21,733 nt of DNA. Origin: Octopus sinensis (lineage: Eukaryota). Position 1 is the stretch's first letter. Each line of letters opens with the position of its first letter. Of this stretch, positions 10,303 to 20,830 are shown one piece after another. The stretch lies in NCBI RefSeq assembly GCF_006345805.1, contig NW_021823734.1, positions 1 through 21,733 on the forward strand. The letters run 5' to 3'. The position numbers and the translations under genes are program-made. Under the pieces are notes generated by a model. That model did not search any database. It worked only from the letters and a program-made list of their open reading frames with translations, and was not told the origin of the DNA.

Positions 10303-10437
10303 TGGGGATTCGACAGGATTGTTAGCGGATTGCTTAGAATGTATTGAAGTAGTCATTCTGGCATTCTGTGCCCTGAGTTCAAATCCCATCAACGTCAACT
10401 TTGCTTTTTCATTCTTTCAATACAACATCAGGTACTG
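10303..10437 (+). mobile_element. Old tRNA-derived SINE 5' fragment (U1 copy)
   Basis: B-box GAGTTCAAATCC at 10375-10386 followed by gtcaactttgctttttcattctttc. Resembles a second octopus SINE family from recall. Confidence 0.55.
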
Positions 10438-10460
10438 AAAGGAATACATCATTATATTTT

Positions 10461-10471
10461 GCACTCTCTCA

Positions 10472-10517
<46 letters not shown>

Positions 10518-10518
10518 C
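10461..10518. repeat. (CT)n microsatellite (U1)
   Basis: Imperfect TC run, with homologues at 17637-17705 and 21644-21726. Confidence 0.95.
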
Positions 10519-10859
10519 TTTGAAAGATTTCCACTGTGGTTTGACAGAGAGAGGGGTTAGCTACATCATGTTTAAAATACCCAAATATGAGTGTGAGGAA
10601 GGCGTCCTTATGATTCTGACAACATATGATGACTGAAGACAGGGAATGGATATGAATAGACCCCCTCATCAATAGATATACCCAATACTCAATCCTATTG
10701 AACAACCACAGTTATCTGTGGTAGTAGTAAGTACATCAGATAAAAATGCTATCTGATGCGTCTACTGAAAATCTAAGCAGGGTCCTGTCAAACTGTTCCT
10801 GTCTATTTATTTGCACAAGCTAATAATGAACCAATGAGAGATCGTGTATGTTGTGGTTA

Positions 10860-11035
10860 GGTCTGTTAGATGTAGCAGCCACATCTGCCTCGTATCTTAA
10901 AACAAGGACATGTGAACTCACATGGTTATATGGTCATTGCAAATAGGAAAAAGACAGGATGGTCACATCTAGAATGCTTTTGATCTCAGGCCTGCACAGT
11001 CAGGGTTGACCAAGGGCTAAGCAATAAATTTGTTC
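10860..11035 (+). mobile_element. Diverged SINE-like 3' fragment (U1 copy)
   Basis: gttagatgtagcagccacatc...aagacaggatggtcac...cagggttgaccaagggctaagcaataa. Core resembles repeat Y; family assignment from recall only. Confidence 0.4.
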
Positions 11036-11043
11036 ACAAGGGA

Positions 11044-11210
11044 TGTATGTATGTTTATCCCTCCAACACCGATTGACAACCGGTGCTATTGTGTTCATGT
11101 CCCCGTAACTTAGCGTTTCGTCAAAAAGAGAAAGATAGATTAAATACTAGGCCCACAAAGAATAAGTCCTGGTTTCGATTTTCTCGAATAAAGGCGCTGC
11201 TGCCGCATGG
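11044..11210 (+). mobile_element. SINE 3' half at the start of U2
   Basis: Aligns to 6441-6605 with the same truncation point GCATGG|AATATATA. Confidence 0.85.
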
Positions 11211-11211
11211 A

Positions 11212-11280
<69 letters not shown>

Positions 11281-11394
11281 CCGATAGTTGAAATACTAGG
11301 CCTACAAAGTATAAGTCCTGGTGTCGATTTACACGAATAAAGGCATTGCTCCACCATGGCCGCAGTCAAATGATTGAAAAATTAAGTGTATAAA
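11281..11394 (+). mobile_element. SINE 3'-end fragment, U2 copy
   Basis: Near-identical to 7403-7516. Confidence 0.8.
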
Positions 11395-11798
11395 ACAGAA
11401 AATAACCAGAAAAGTTTATATTCTCTTAACTACATAATTAAGGGAGATAACTGAAAATCAACTTTTAGAATTACTTCCCTTCAAATATTAATAGAAGACA
11501 TGACAGTTTAAGATGTAGGTGCGTTTGTTTTTCGCATGCGAAGGGCACGCTTGCATTCCTGCAAGAAGAGACAAACATACACGTGCAAATTTTCTGCTGT
11601 TCACTTTAACAAATAAACATTATAATTTACATTTAATTACACCCGAAAACTATGTAAAGTACTCACCCTATCCAGTACTACCCTTTGGACATGATCGGGT
11701 TTTCTTTTGTTTTAGATAGTATATATGCGTATGTGGGTATAGACACGTCTATATGTATGAATGCATGCATTTATGTATATAAATATATATATTTATAT

Positions 11799-12643
11799 AT
11801 ACTACAAAATTAGAAAATGGAGAAACATACTTAAAATCAATAAAACATCAACTATCAGATGATACCTAATCAATCCTTTATATTTTTTATTTTTATATTT
11901 TTTATATTTTTATACTTATATGTATATGGAAAAATAATTTTTTGACAATTATAACAAATTTAATTCTCTGAAGAGGCCGTGGGGCATCCTTGTTAATGCC
12001 TCATTTATACCTGCCTTTATGGCTTATAGGTTAAATGAGGTATGACTGCCCTTGCTGCCGAAAGAGCTGTCAGATATGATTTAATTACATATTATATTTG
12101 AAATTTTATACATATACTAGCAGTATCGCCCGGCGTTGCTCGGGTTTGAAAAGGGAAATAACTATAAAGCATTTTTAGAGAGTTATAGCCAAAAAATAGC
12201 AAAAACAAAATGGGAAATAAATGATGGTAAATTTTTTTTTGATAGTTAAAAAGTTCGAGTTGCGTCCCCTGTGGTTTGTGTTTCTGATTGTCGACCCCAT
12301 GTTGAATTTACCGATCTTTTTCAGAACTGGGGGAAATTTTCAAAATTTTCGCTGCGTTAGTTTTGAATTTTGACATTGGACTATGTGTGTGTCAAGTTTC
12401 ATCAGAATCAGGTGAAAGCCGTGGTCAGGGTGAGCGTACAAGTAAACAGACACACAGAAACACGCACAGACAAACTGCCGTTTATATATAGAGAGATTTC
12501 CTTGTCTATTTACATTTACTGTATATTTTGTATAATGCCTTTACTGATATGTAATGGTGTAATAATGTATTGATTGGGTATCATCTGATAGTTGATGTTT
12601 TATTGATTTAAGTATGTTTCTCCATTTTCTAATTTTGTAGTAT
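11799..12643. repeat. Inverted repeat with ~75-bp arms (11799-11874 and 12569-12643)
   Basis: actacaaaattagaaaatgg...gatacctaatcaat versus attgattgggtatc...ttctaattttgtagt; one substitution and one 1-bp indel. Confidence 0.92.
12117..12496 (-). mobile_element. Non-autonomous Helitron-like element, 380 bp
   Basis: Minus strand begins TCTCTCTATATATAAA and ends CTAG, inserted between A and T. GC-rich hairpin CCCG-agcaacgc-CGGG (12129-12144) lies 8 nt before CTAG. Subterminal (GACA/CA)-type microsatellite near the 5' end. No coding capacity. Confidence 0.8.
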
Positions 12644-12812
12644 TAATTTACGGTAATATTATTACCTTTACCCATATAATACAATAGATGAACTGATTGT
12701 TTGGCAATTTTTAACATCTATGTATTAGTCTTGTTGGGTACCTATCTAGCAGTATATTGGATATATGTTATCCCATGGTGGGTTGAATTTTCAACCCCTA
12801 TCTCATTTTATA

Positions 12813-12857
<45 letters not shown>

Positions 12858-12861
12858 AAAC

Positions 12862-14328
12862 AAATCGCTTGCCGTGAATTACCGTCCAATCTCACTCACC
12901 TCTCATATCATTAAGGTATTTGAGAGAGTGCTGAGATCGCGTATGACTCACTTCCTCGGCAGTCATAATATGCTGAACTCCAACCAGCATGGATTCCGTA
13001 ATGGAAGAGATTGCCTGACGCAGCTACTGCATCATTTTGATGTCATTTTGAGAGCCTTGGGAGAGGGCTCCAACACTGATGTCATCTTCCTTGATTTCAG
13101 CAAGGCCTTTGACAGGGTTGATCATAAGATCCTTTTGAGAAAGCTGTCCAATATTTGTGTCACTGGAAAGCTGCTGCAGTGGATCAAGTGCTTCATGTCT
13201 AACAGAACCCAACATGTTGTAGTCGAAGGAGTCAAATCCAGCCAAGCCAAAGTCAGCAGTGGTGTCCCACACGGCACTGTGTTGGACCCACTTCTCTTCA
13301 TCATCTACATTAATGATATTACTGACACCATCAAATACAATAACATCAGAACTTTCGCTGATGATTCCAAGCTCCAGAAGGTCATCAATGGCGTGGATGA
13401 CCGAATAAACCTTCAGTCAGACCTACTGGCTGTTCTCCAATGGGCGGAAAAGAATAACATGTTACTAAACGAAGACAAATTCGAACTGATCCACTTTGGA
13501 AGGGAGGACGCTCTAAAACTCCCATACTCCCTTCCTTCTGGAGAAATTCTCATGGCGTCTAACAACATCAGAGACTTGGGAGTAACAGTGGACAACAACA
13601 TAAGCTGGGCTACACATATAAGCAGCAAAGTTGATATGGCCCGCAGAATGTGTTCCTGGATTCTCAGAACCTTCCAGTCGAGATATTCCCACACCATTAT
13701 CCTTCTCTTCTCCACTTTTGCCCGACCCCACCTTGAATACTGCTGTCCACTGTAGTCTCCCTACACAAAACAAAATATTATGAGAATTGAAGCTCCCCAA
13801 CGGTCAATCACAAAAAAGATAGATGGCATGTCAGACCTTGACTACTAGGGTAGACTAGAGAAACTGAAACTGTATTCACTCCAACGACGCCGTGAACGCT
13901 ACATTAACTGTATGATGTAGAAAATATTCCATCAGCACTGTCCGAATGATGTTGGCATCACCTTCAAAATACATCCAAGGCTTGGACCACGTGCCATCCG
14001 TCCACAACAAAAATCTAAATCGCACCACATAACGACAATACGGCACAATTATTTCATCTCAATTGGAACCGCTCTCTTCAACATTACACCAGGACACGTC
14101 AAAACAGACACTGACCACAGAAAATTCAAGAAGTCTTTGGACAAATTCCTTCAAACAGTCCCGGACAAACCACCCACACCCGGATATGTCTCCGCAAACA
14201 ATAACTCTCTGCTCGAATGGGCCTTGGTGCCCAAATCCTGAACTGAAAGACTTCGCCAGGTGGTGCTATTAAGTTAGACATGGCCTGGGCCAATACTGGC
14301 CAAAACCTTTCTAAGTTATTCTAAGTTA
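12862..14328 (+). mobile_element. 5'-truncated CR1-group LINE (RT to 3' end) in U2, inactivated
   Basis: 293-aa ORF with [39 protein letters not shown], then YSLQRRRERY. Premature TAG stops near 13753, 13846 and 13918. 3' end is (TTCTAAGTTA)x2 at 14309-14328, the short tandem-repeat tail typical of CR1-group LINEs. Exact clade (CR1/L2/Crack) unresolved. Confidence 0.9.
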
Positions 14329-14351
14329 TATAAATATATATATATATATAT

Positions 14352-14812
14352 CGAACTAGAATCATTGAGGAAGCAAATACAAAGTCAACCGCATGTCATT
14401 TCATAATTCGAACATTTAATTATAGAATAAACATATAATCCGCAAGATGGAAGAAAATTCATATGTACAGCACGTAATAATAATAATATGGTATGGTGCG
14501 AGAAAAATTCTTATCTTTAAAACTTAGAATTAATATTCTAGCGATTCAAAGAGAATACATTTATAAAAGGACGTACAAAGTAAAATATAATATAAGCAAT
14601 ATATAAAAATATATAGGTATATAAAAATATAGACATATAAAAATATATAAAACATATATAAATATATGTACATATAGGAGCATATAAAAAATATAATATA
14701 TATATATCGTGTAAATAAAGTAAAATAAGGTTCATCGTTTAGAAATCTTAATCAGGTAAAGTAAGCCTTATATATAAGATGGAAATCATGGTTACTTATC
14801 CCTATGGCCATT
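14352..14812. other. U2-specific ~460-bp non-coding block within the post-LINE (TA)n tract
   Basis: Absent at the homologous positions in U3 (~16400-16470) and U4 (~20462-20510). Contains an A-rich degenerate microsatellite at 14581-14705. Confidence 0.8.
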
Positions 14813-15075
14813 ATGTATATATGTATATATACATGTATGTATATATGTATGTATATATGTATGTATATATGTATGTATGTATATATCTATATATATCTAT
14901 ATATATATGCATGCATATAACTATGTATATATGTATGTATATATGTATGTATGTATATATCTATATATATCTATATATATATGCATGCATATAACTATGT
15001 ATATATGTATGTATATATATACACATGTATGTATATATGTATGTATATATGTATTTATGTATATATGTATGTATG

Positions 15076-15106
<31 letters not shown>

Positions 15107-15200
15107 TATATATATACATGCATATAACTCTATATATATATATATATATATATACATACATACATACATACATGTATATATTTATGTATATATGTATGTA

Positions 15201-15255
<55 letters not shown>

Positions 15256-15270
15256 TATATATTATATATG
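14813..15270. repeat. Compound TA/TATG/CATA microsatellite (U2) with internal sub-duplications
   Basis: catgcatataact motif occurs three times. Confidence 0.9.
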
Positions 15271-15445
15271 TATGTATGAGTATAAGCGTATGTATGAGTA
15301 TGTACGAGAAGGAGCAATTTTTTTTCAAGAATATTGTTTACTTTAATATTTGTGTCTTTGTGAAATAGATGTTGGTTGGATTATGTTCTTCATTATCTTT
15401 GTATTAATGGCGGTGGAGAAGGATGGCGTTCCAGTGTCTTTCAAT

Positions 15446-16392
15446 GGTCATCAATGGCGTGGATGACCGAATAAGCCTTCAGTCAGACCTACTGGCTGTT
15501 CTCCAATGGGCGGAAAAGAATAACATGTTACTAAACGAAGACAAATTCGAACTGATCCACTTTGGAAGGGAGGACGCTCTAAAACTCCCATACTCCCTTC
15601 CTTCTGGAGAAATTCTCATGGCGTCTAACAACATCAGAGACTTGGGAGTAACAGTGGACAACAACATAAGCTGGGCTACACATATAAGCAGCAAAGTTGA
15701 TATGGCCCGCAGAATGTGTTCCTGGATTCTCAGAACTTTCCAGTCGAGATATTCCCACACCATTATCCTTCTCTTCTCCACTTTTGCCCGACCCCACCTT
15801 GAATACTGCTGTTCACTGTGGTCTACCTACACAAAACAAAATATTATGAGAATTGAAGCTCCCCAACGGTCAATCACAAAAAAGATAGATGGCATGTCAG
15901 ACCTTGACTACTAGTATAGACTAGTGAAACTGAAACTGTTTTCACTCCAACGACGCCGTGAACGCTACATTATCTGTATGATGTGGAAAATATTCCATCA
16001 GCACGGTCCGAATGATGTTGGCATCACCTTCAAAATACATCCAAGGCTTGGACCACGTGCCATCCGTCCACAACAAAAATCTAAATCGCATCTCATAACA
16101 ACAATACGGCACAATCATTTCATCTCAATTGGAACCGCTCTCTTCAACATTACACCAGGACACGTCAAAACAGAAACTGACCACACAAAGTTCAAGAAGT
16201 CTTTGGACAAATTCCTTCAAACAGTCCCGGACAAACCATCCACACCAAGATATGTCTCCGCAAACATTAACTGTCAGCTCGAATGGGCATTGGTGCCCAA
16301 ATCCTGAATTGAAAGACTTCGCCAGGTGGTGCTATTAAGTTAGACATGGCCTGGGCCAATACTGGCCAAAACCTTTCTAAGTTATTCTAAGT

Positions 16393-16394
<2 letters not shown>
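15446..16394 (+). mobile_element. CR1-group LINE 3' part (U3)
   Basis: Homologous to 13380-14328; ends in (TTCTAAGTTA)x2. Confidence 0.9.
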
Positions 16395-16483
<89 letters not shown>

Positions 16484-16578
16484 ATATATGTATGTATATA
16501 CGTATATATATGTGTGTATATATATATCTATATATATCTTTATATATATGCATGCATATAACTATGTATATATGTATG

Positions 16579-16617
<39 letters not shown>

Positions 16618-16820
16618 GTATGTATATATGTATGTATATATGTATTTATGTATATATGTATGTATGTATATATATATATCTATATATATATACATGCATA
16701 TAACTATATATATATATATATACATACATACATACATGTATATATTTATGTATATATACATGTATGTATGCATATATATATATAATATATATATATATAT
16801 ATACATGTATATATATATTT
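16395..16820. repeat. Compound microsatellite (U3)
   Basis: About 75 bp of pure TA followed by the patterned TATG/CATA tract. Confidence 0.9.
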
Positions 16821-17475
16821 GTATGTATGAGTATAAGCGTATGTATGAGTATGTATGAGAAGGAGCAATTTTTTTTCAAGAATATTGTTTACTTTAATAT
16901 TTGTGTCTTTGTGAAATAGATGTTGGTTGGATTATGTTCTTCATTATCTTTGTATTAATGGCGGTGGAGAAGGATGGCGTTCCAGTGTCTTTTGTTTATT
17001 TTAACTCATAAAATTATGTGTAATTAAAATTACTTCATCCGTAAATGAAGGATTTAAAAATATCCTTCCTTCCCCCCCATCCGCATCCACTCTAATATTC
17101 CAATATAAATATGTTTAATAGGTAATTCCAGCCTGAAGAATTCAATGTTATATAATAATGATAAGTCATTAAAGGCATCATTATGAAAACATATTCAAAA
17201 TTTGGTTATTAATAACCAAATAGTAGAAACCGATTGACAAGATGAGACATTTCAAATAGATTTTTTATAATGAACTGCTGTCAAATGTAAATAAAGGAAA
17301 TGTTAACACAGGAGATAATGACTGCGAACGATCTGCTAATTAAAGTGCAATTAGCAACATGGGTGATGGTTTAATTAGTAACACTCACTGGTACAGAAAA
17401 CCAGGGATTACCTCCCCTTGCCTTTCAACTCCATCCAAGCATGTTCCATGCATTAAATACCTGCCAGTTGTTACT

Positions 17476-17610
17476 TGGGGATTCGACAGGATTGTTAGCG
17501 GATTGCTTAGAATGTATTGAAGTAGTCATTCTGGCATTCTGTGCCCTGAGTTCAAATCCCATCAACGCCAAATTTGCTTTTTCATTCTTTCAATACAACA
17601 TCAGGTACTG
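17476..17610 (+). mobile_element. Old SINE 5' fragment (U3 copy)
   Basis: Homologous to 10303-10437. Confidence 0.55.
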
Positions 17611-17636
17611 AAAGGAATACATCATTATATTTTGCA

Positions 17637-17705
17637 CTCTCTCATTCTCTCTCTCTCTTTCTCTCTCTCACTCTTCTCTCTCTCTCTCTCTCTATCTCTC
17701 TCTTT
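17637..17705. repeat. (CT)n microsatellite (U3)
   Basis: Imperfect TC run. Confidence 0.95.
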
Positions 17706-18049
17706 CCATGAAAGATATCTACTGTGGTTTGACAGAGAGATGGGTTAGCTACATCATGTTTTAAATACACAAATATGAGTGTGAGGAAGGCATCCTTATG
17801 ATTCTGAACACATATGATGACTGAAGACAGGGAATGGATATGAATAGACCCCCTCATCAATAGATATACCCAATACTCAATCCTATTGAACAACCACAGT
17901 TATCTGTGGTAGTAGTAAGTACATCAGATAAAAATGCTATCTGATGCGTCTACTGAAAATCTAAGCAGGGTCCTGTCAAACTGTTCCTGTCTATTTATTT
18001 GCACAAGCTAATAATGAACCAATGAGAGATCGTGTACGTGGTGGTTAGG

Positions 18050-18215
18050 TCTGTTAGATGTAGCAGCCACATCTTCCTCGTATCTTAAAACAAGGACATG
18101 TGAACACACATGGTTATATGGCCATTGCAAATAGGAAAAAGACAGGATGGTCACAGCTAGAATGCTTTTGATCTCAGGCCTGCACAGTCAGGGTTGACCA
18201 AGGGCTAAGCAATAA
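18050..18215 (+). mobile_element. Diverged SINE-like 3' fragment (U3 copy)
   Basis: Homologous to 10860-11035. Confidence 0.4.
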
Positions 18216-18231
18216 ATTTGTTCACAAGGGA

Positions 18232-18397
18232 TGTATGTATGTTTATCCCTCCAACACCGAATGACAACCGGTGCTATTGTGTTCATGTCCCCGTAACGTA
18301 GCGTTTCGTCAAAAAGAGAAAGATAGATTAAATACTAGGCCCACAAAGAATAAGTCCTGGTTTCGATTTTCTCGAATAGCGGCGCTGCTGCCGCATG

Positions 18398-18398
<1 letters not shown>
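18232..18398 (+). mobile_element. SINE 3' half at the start of U4
   Basis: Aligns to 6441-6605 and 11044-11210. Confidence 0.85.
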
Positions 18399-18479
<81 letters not shown>

Positions 18480-18593
18480 CCGATAGTTTAAATACTAGGC
18501 CTACAAAGTATAAGTCCTGGTGTCGATTTAAACGAATAAAGGCATTGCTCCACCATGGCCGCAGTCAAATGATTGAAAAATTAAGTGTATAAA
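18480..18593 (+). mobile_element. SINE 3'-end fragment, U4 copy
   Basis: Near-identical to 7403-7516. Confidence 0.8.
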
Positions 18594-18993
18594 ACAGAAA
18601 ATAACCAGAAAAGTTTATATTCTCTTAACTACATAATTAAGGGAGATAACTGAAAATCAACTTTTAGAATTACTTCCCTTCAAATATTAATAGAAGACAT
18701 GACAGTTTAAGATGTAGGTGCGTTTGTTTTTCGCATGCGAAGGGCACGCTTGCATTCCTGCAAGAAGAGACAAACATACACGTGCAAATTTTCTGCTGTT
18801 CACTTTAACAAATAAACATTGACTAGCTTATAATTTACATTTAATTACACCCGAAAACTATGTAAAGTACTCACCCTATCCAGTACTACCCTTTGGACAT
18901 GATCGGGTTTTCTTTTGATTTAGATAGTATATATATGTGTATGTGGGTATATACACGTGTATATGTATGAATGGATGCATTTATGTATATAAA

Positions 18994-19025
<32 letters not shown>

Positions 19026-19029
19026 AAAC

Positions 19030-20459
19030 AAATCGCTTGCCGTGAATTACCGTCCAATCTCACTCACCTCTCATATCATTAAGGTATTTGAGAGAGTGCT
19101 GAGATCGCGTATGACTCACTTCCTCGGCAGTCATAATATGCTGAACTCCAACCAGCATGGATTCCGTAATGGAAGAGATTGCCTGACGCAGCTACTGCAT
19201 CATTTTGATGTCATTTTGAGAGCCTTGGGAGAGGGCTCCAACACTGATGTCATCTTCCTTGATTTCAGCAAGGCCTTTGACAGGGTTGAAAATAAGATCC
19301 TTCTGAGAAAGCTGTCCAATATTGGTGTCACTGGAAAGCTGCTGCAGTGGATCAAGTGCTTCCTGTCTAACAGAACCCAACATGTTGTAGTCGAAGGAGT
19401 CAAATCCAGCCCAGCCAAAGTCAGCAGTGGTGTCCCACAAGGAACTATGTTTGGCCCACTTCTCTTCATCATCTACATTAATGATATTACTGACACCATC
19501 AAACACAATAACATCAGAACTTTCGCTGATGATCCAAGCTCCAGAAGGTCATCAATGGCGTGGATGACCGAATAAGCCTTCAGTCAGACCTACTGGCTGT
19601 CCTCCAATGGGCGGAAAGAATAACATGTTACTAAACGAAGACAAATTCGAACTGATCCACTTTGGAAGGGAGGACGCTCTAAAACTCCCATACTCCCTTC
19701 CTTCTGGAGAAATTCTCATGGCGTCTAACAACATCAGAGACTGGGAGTAACAGTGGACAACAACATAAGCTGGGCTACACATATAAGCAGCAAAGTTGAT
19801 ATGGCCCGCAGAATGTGTTCCTGGATTCTCAGAACCTTCCAGTCGAGAGATTCCCACACCATTATCCTTCTCTTCTCCACTTTTGCCTGACCCCACCTTG
19901 AATACTGCTGTCCACTGTGGTCTCCTACACAAAACAAAATATTATGAGATTTGAAGCTCCCCAACGGTCAATCACAAAAAAGATAGATGGCATGTCAGAC
20001 TTGCTACTAGGGTAGACTAGTGAAACTGAAACTGTTTTCACTCCAACGACGCCGTGAACGCTACATTATATGTATGATGTGGAAAATATTCCATCAGCAC
20101 TGTCCGAATGATGTTGGCATCACCTTCAAAATACATCCAAGGCTTAGACCACGTGCCATCCGTCCACAACAAATATCTAAATCGCATCTCATAACAACAA
20201 TACGGCACAATCATTTCATCTCAATTGGAACCGCTCTCTTCAACATTACACCAGGACACGTCAAAACAGAAACTGACCACACAAAATTCAAGAAGTCTTT
20301 GGACAAATTCCTTCAAACAGAGCCGGACAAACCATCCACACCAAGATATGTCTCCGCAAACAATAACTGTCAGCTCGAATGGGCCTTGGTGACCTAATCC
20401 TGAATTGAAAGACTTCGCCTGGGCCAATACTGGCCAAAACGTTCTAAGTTATTCTAAGT

Positions 20460-20461
<2 letters not shown>
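19030..20461 (+). mobile_element. 5'-truncated CR1-group LINE in U4, frameshifted
   Basis: Same RT motifs (GVPQGTMFGPLLF, FADD), several 1-bp deletions, a 28-bp deletion in the 3' UTR, and the (TTCTAAGTTA)x2 tail. Confidence 0.9.
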
Positions 20462-20507
<46 letters not shown>

Positions 20508-20599
20508 ACATGTATGTATATATGTATGTATATATGTGTGTATGTATATATTATATATATATATGCATGCATATAACTATGTATATATGTATGTATATG

Positions 20600-20652
<53 letters not shown>

Positions 20653-20830
20653 GTATGTATATATGTATGTATATATGTATTTATGTATATATGTATGTAT
20701 GTATATATATATATCTATATATATATACATGCATATAACTATATATATACATACATACATACATATATATTTATGTATATATACATGTATGTATGCATTA
20801 TATATATATATATACATGTATATATATATT
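20462..20830. repeat. Compound microsatellite (U4)
   Basis: Patterned TA/TATG/CATA tract. Confidence 0.9.

Noticed and set aside
10288-10434. Exon-like segment on the minus strand (ctttcag|...cag|gtattt)
   Set aside because: All three frames hit a stop within 10 codons, and the sequence is better explained as the antisense of an old SINE with a B-box.
10469-10705. Minus-strand 78-83 aa ORF (MFNRIEYWVY...) open in both U1 and U3
   Set aside because: Non-ATG start, runs into (GA)n, no recognisable domain. Staying open in two close duplicates is expected without selection.
13753-13920. Three TGG>TAG stops in the U2 LINE suggesting targeted G>A hypermutation
   Set aside because: Trp-to-stop transitions are the easiest nonsense change and are conspicuous by ascertainment; I saw no broader G>A skew.
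7962-19575. ORFs starting MNYR(P/R)ISL as possible functional RT genes
   Set aside because: The start is a GTG inside a 5'-truncated LINE. There is no endonuclease or ORF1, and all copies carry stops, frameshifts or deletions.
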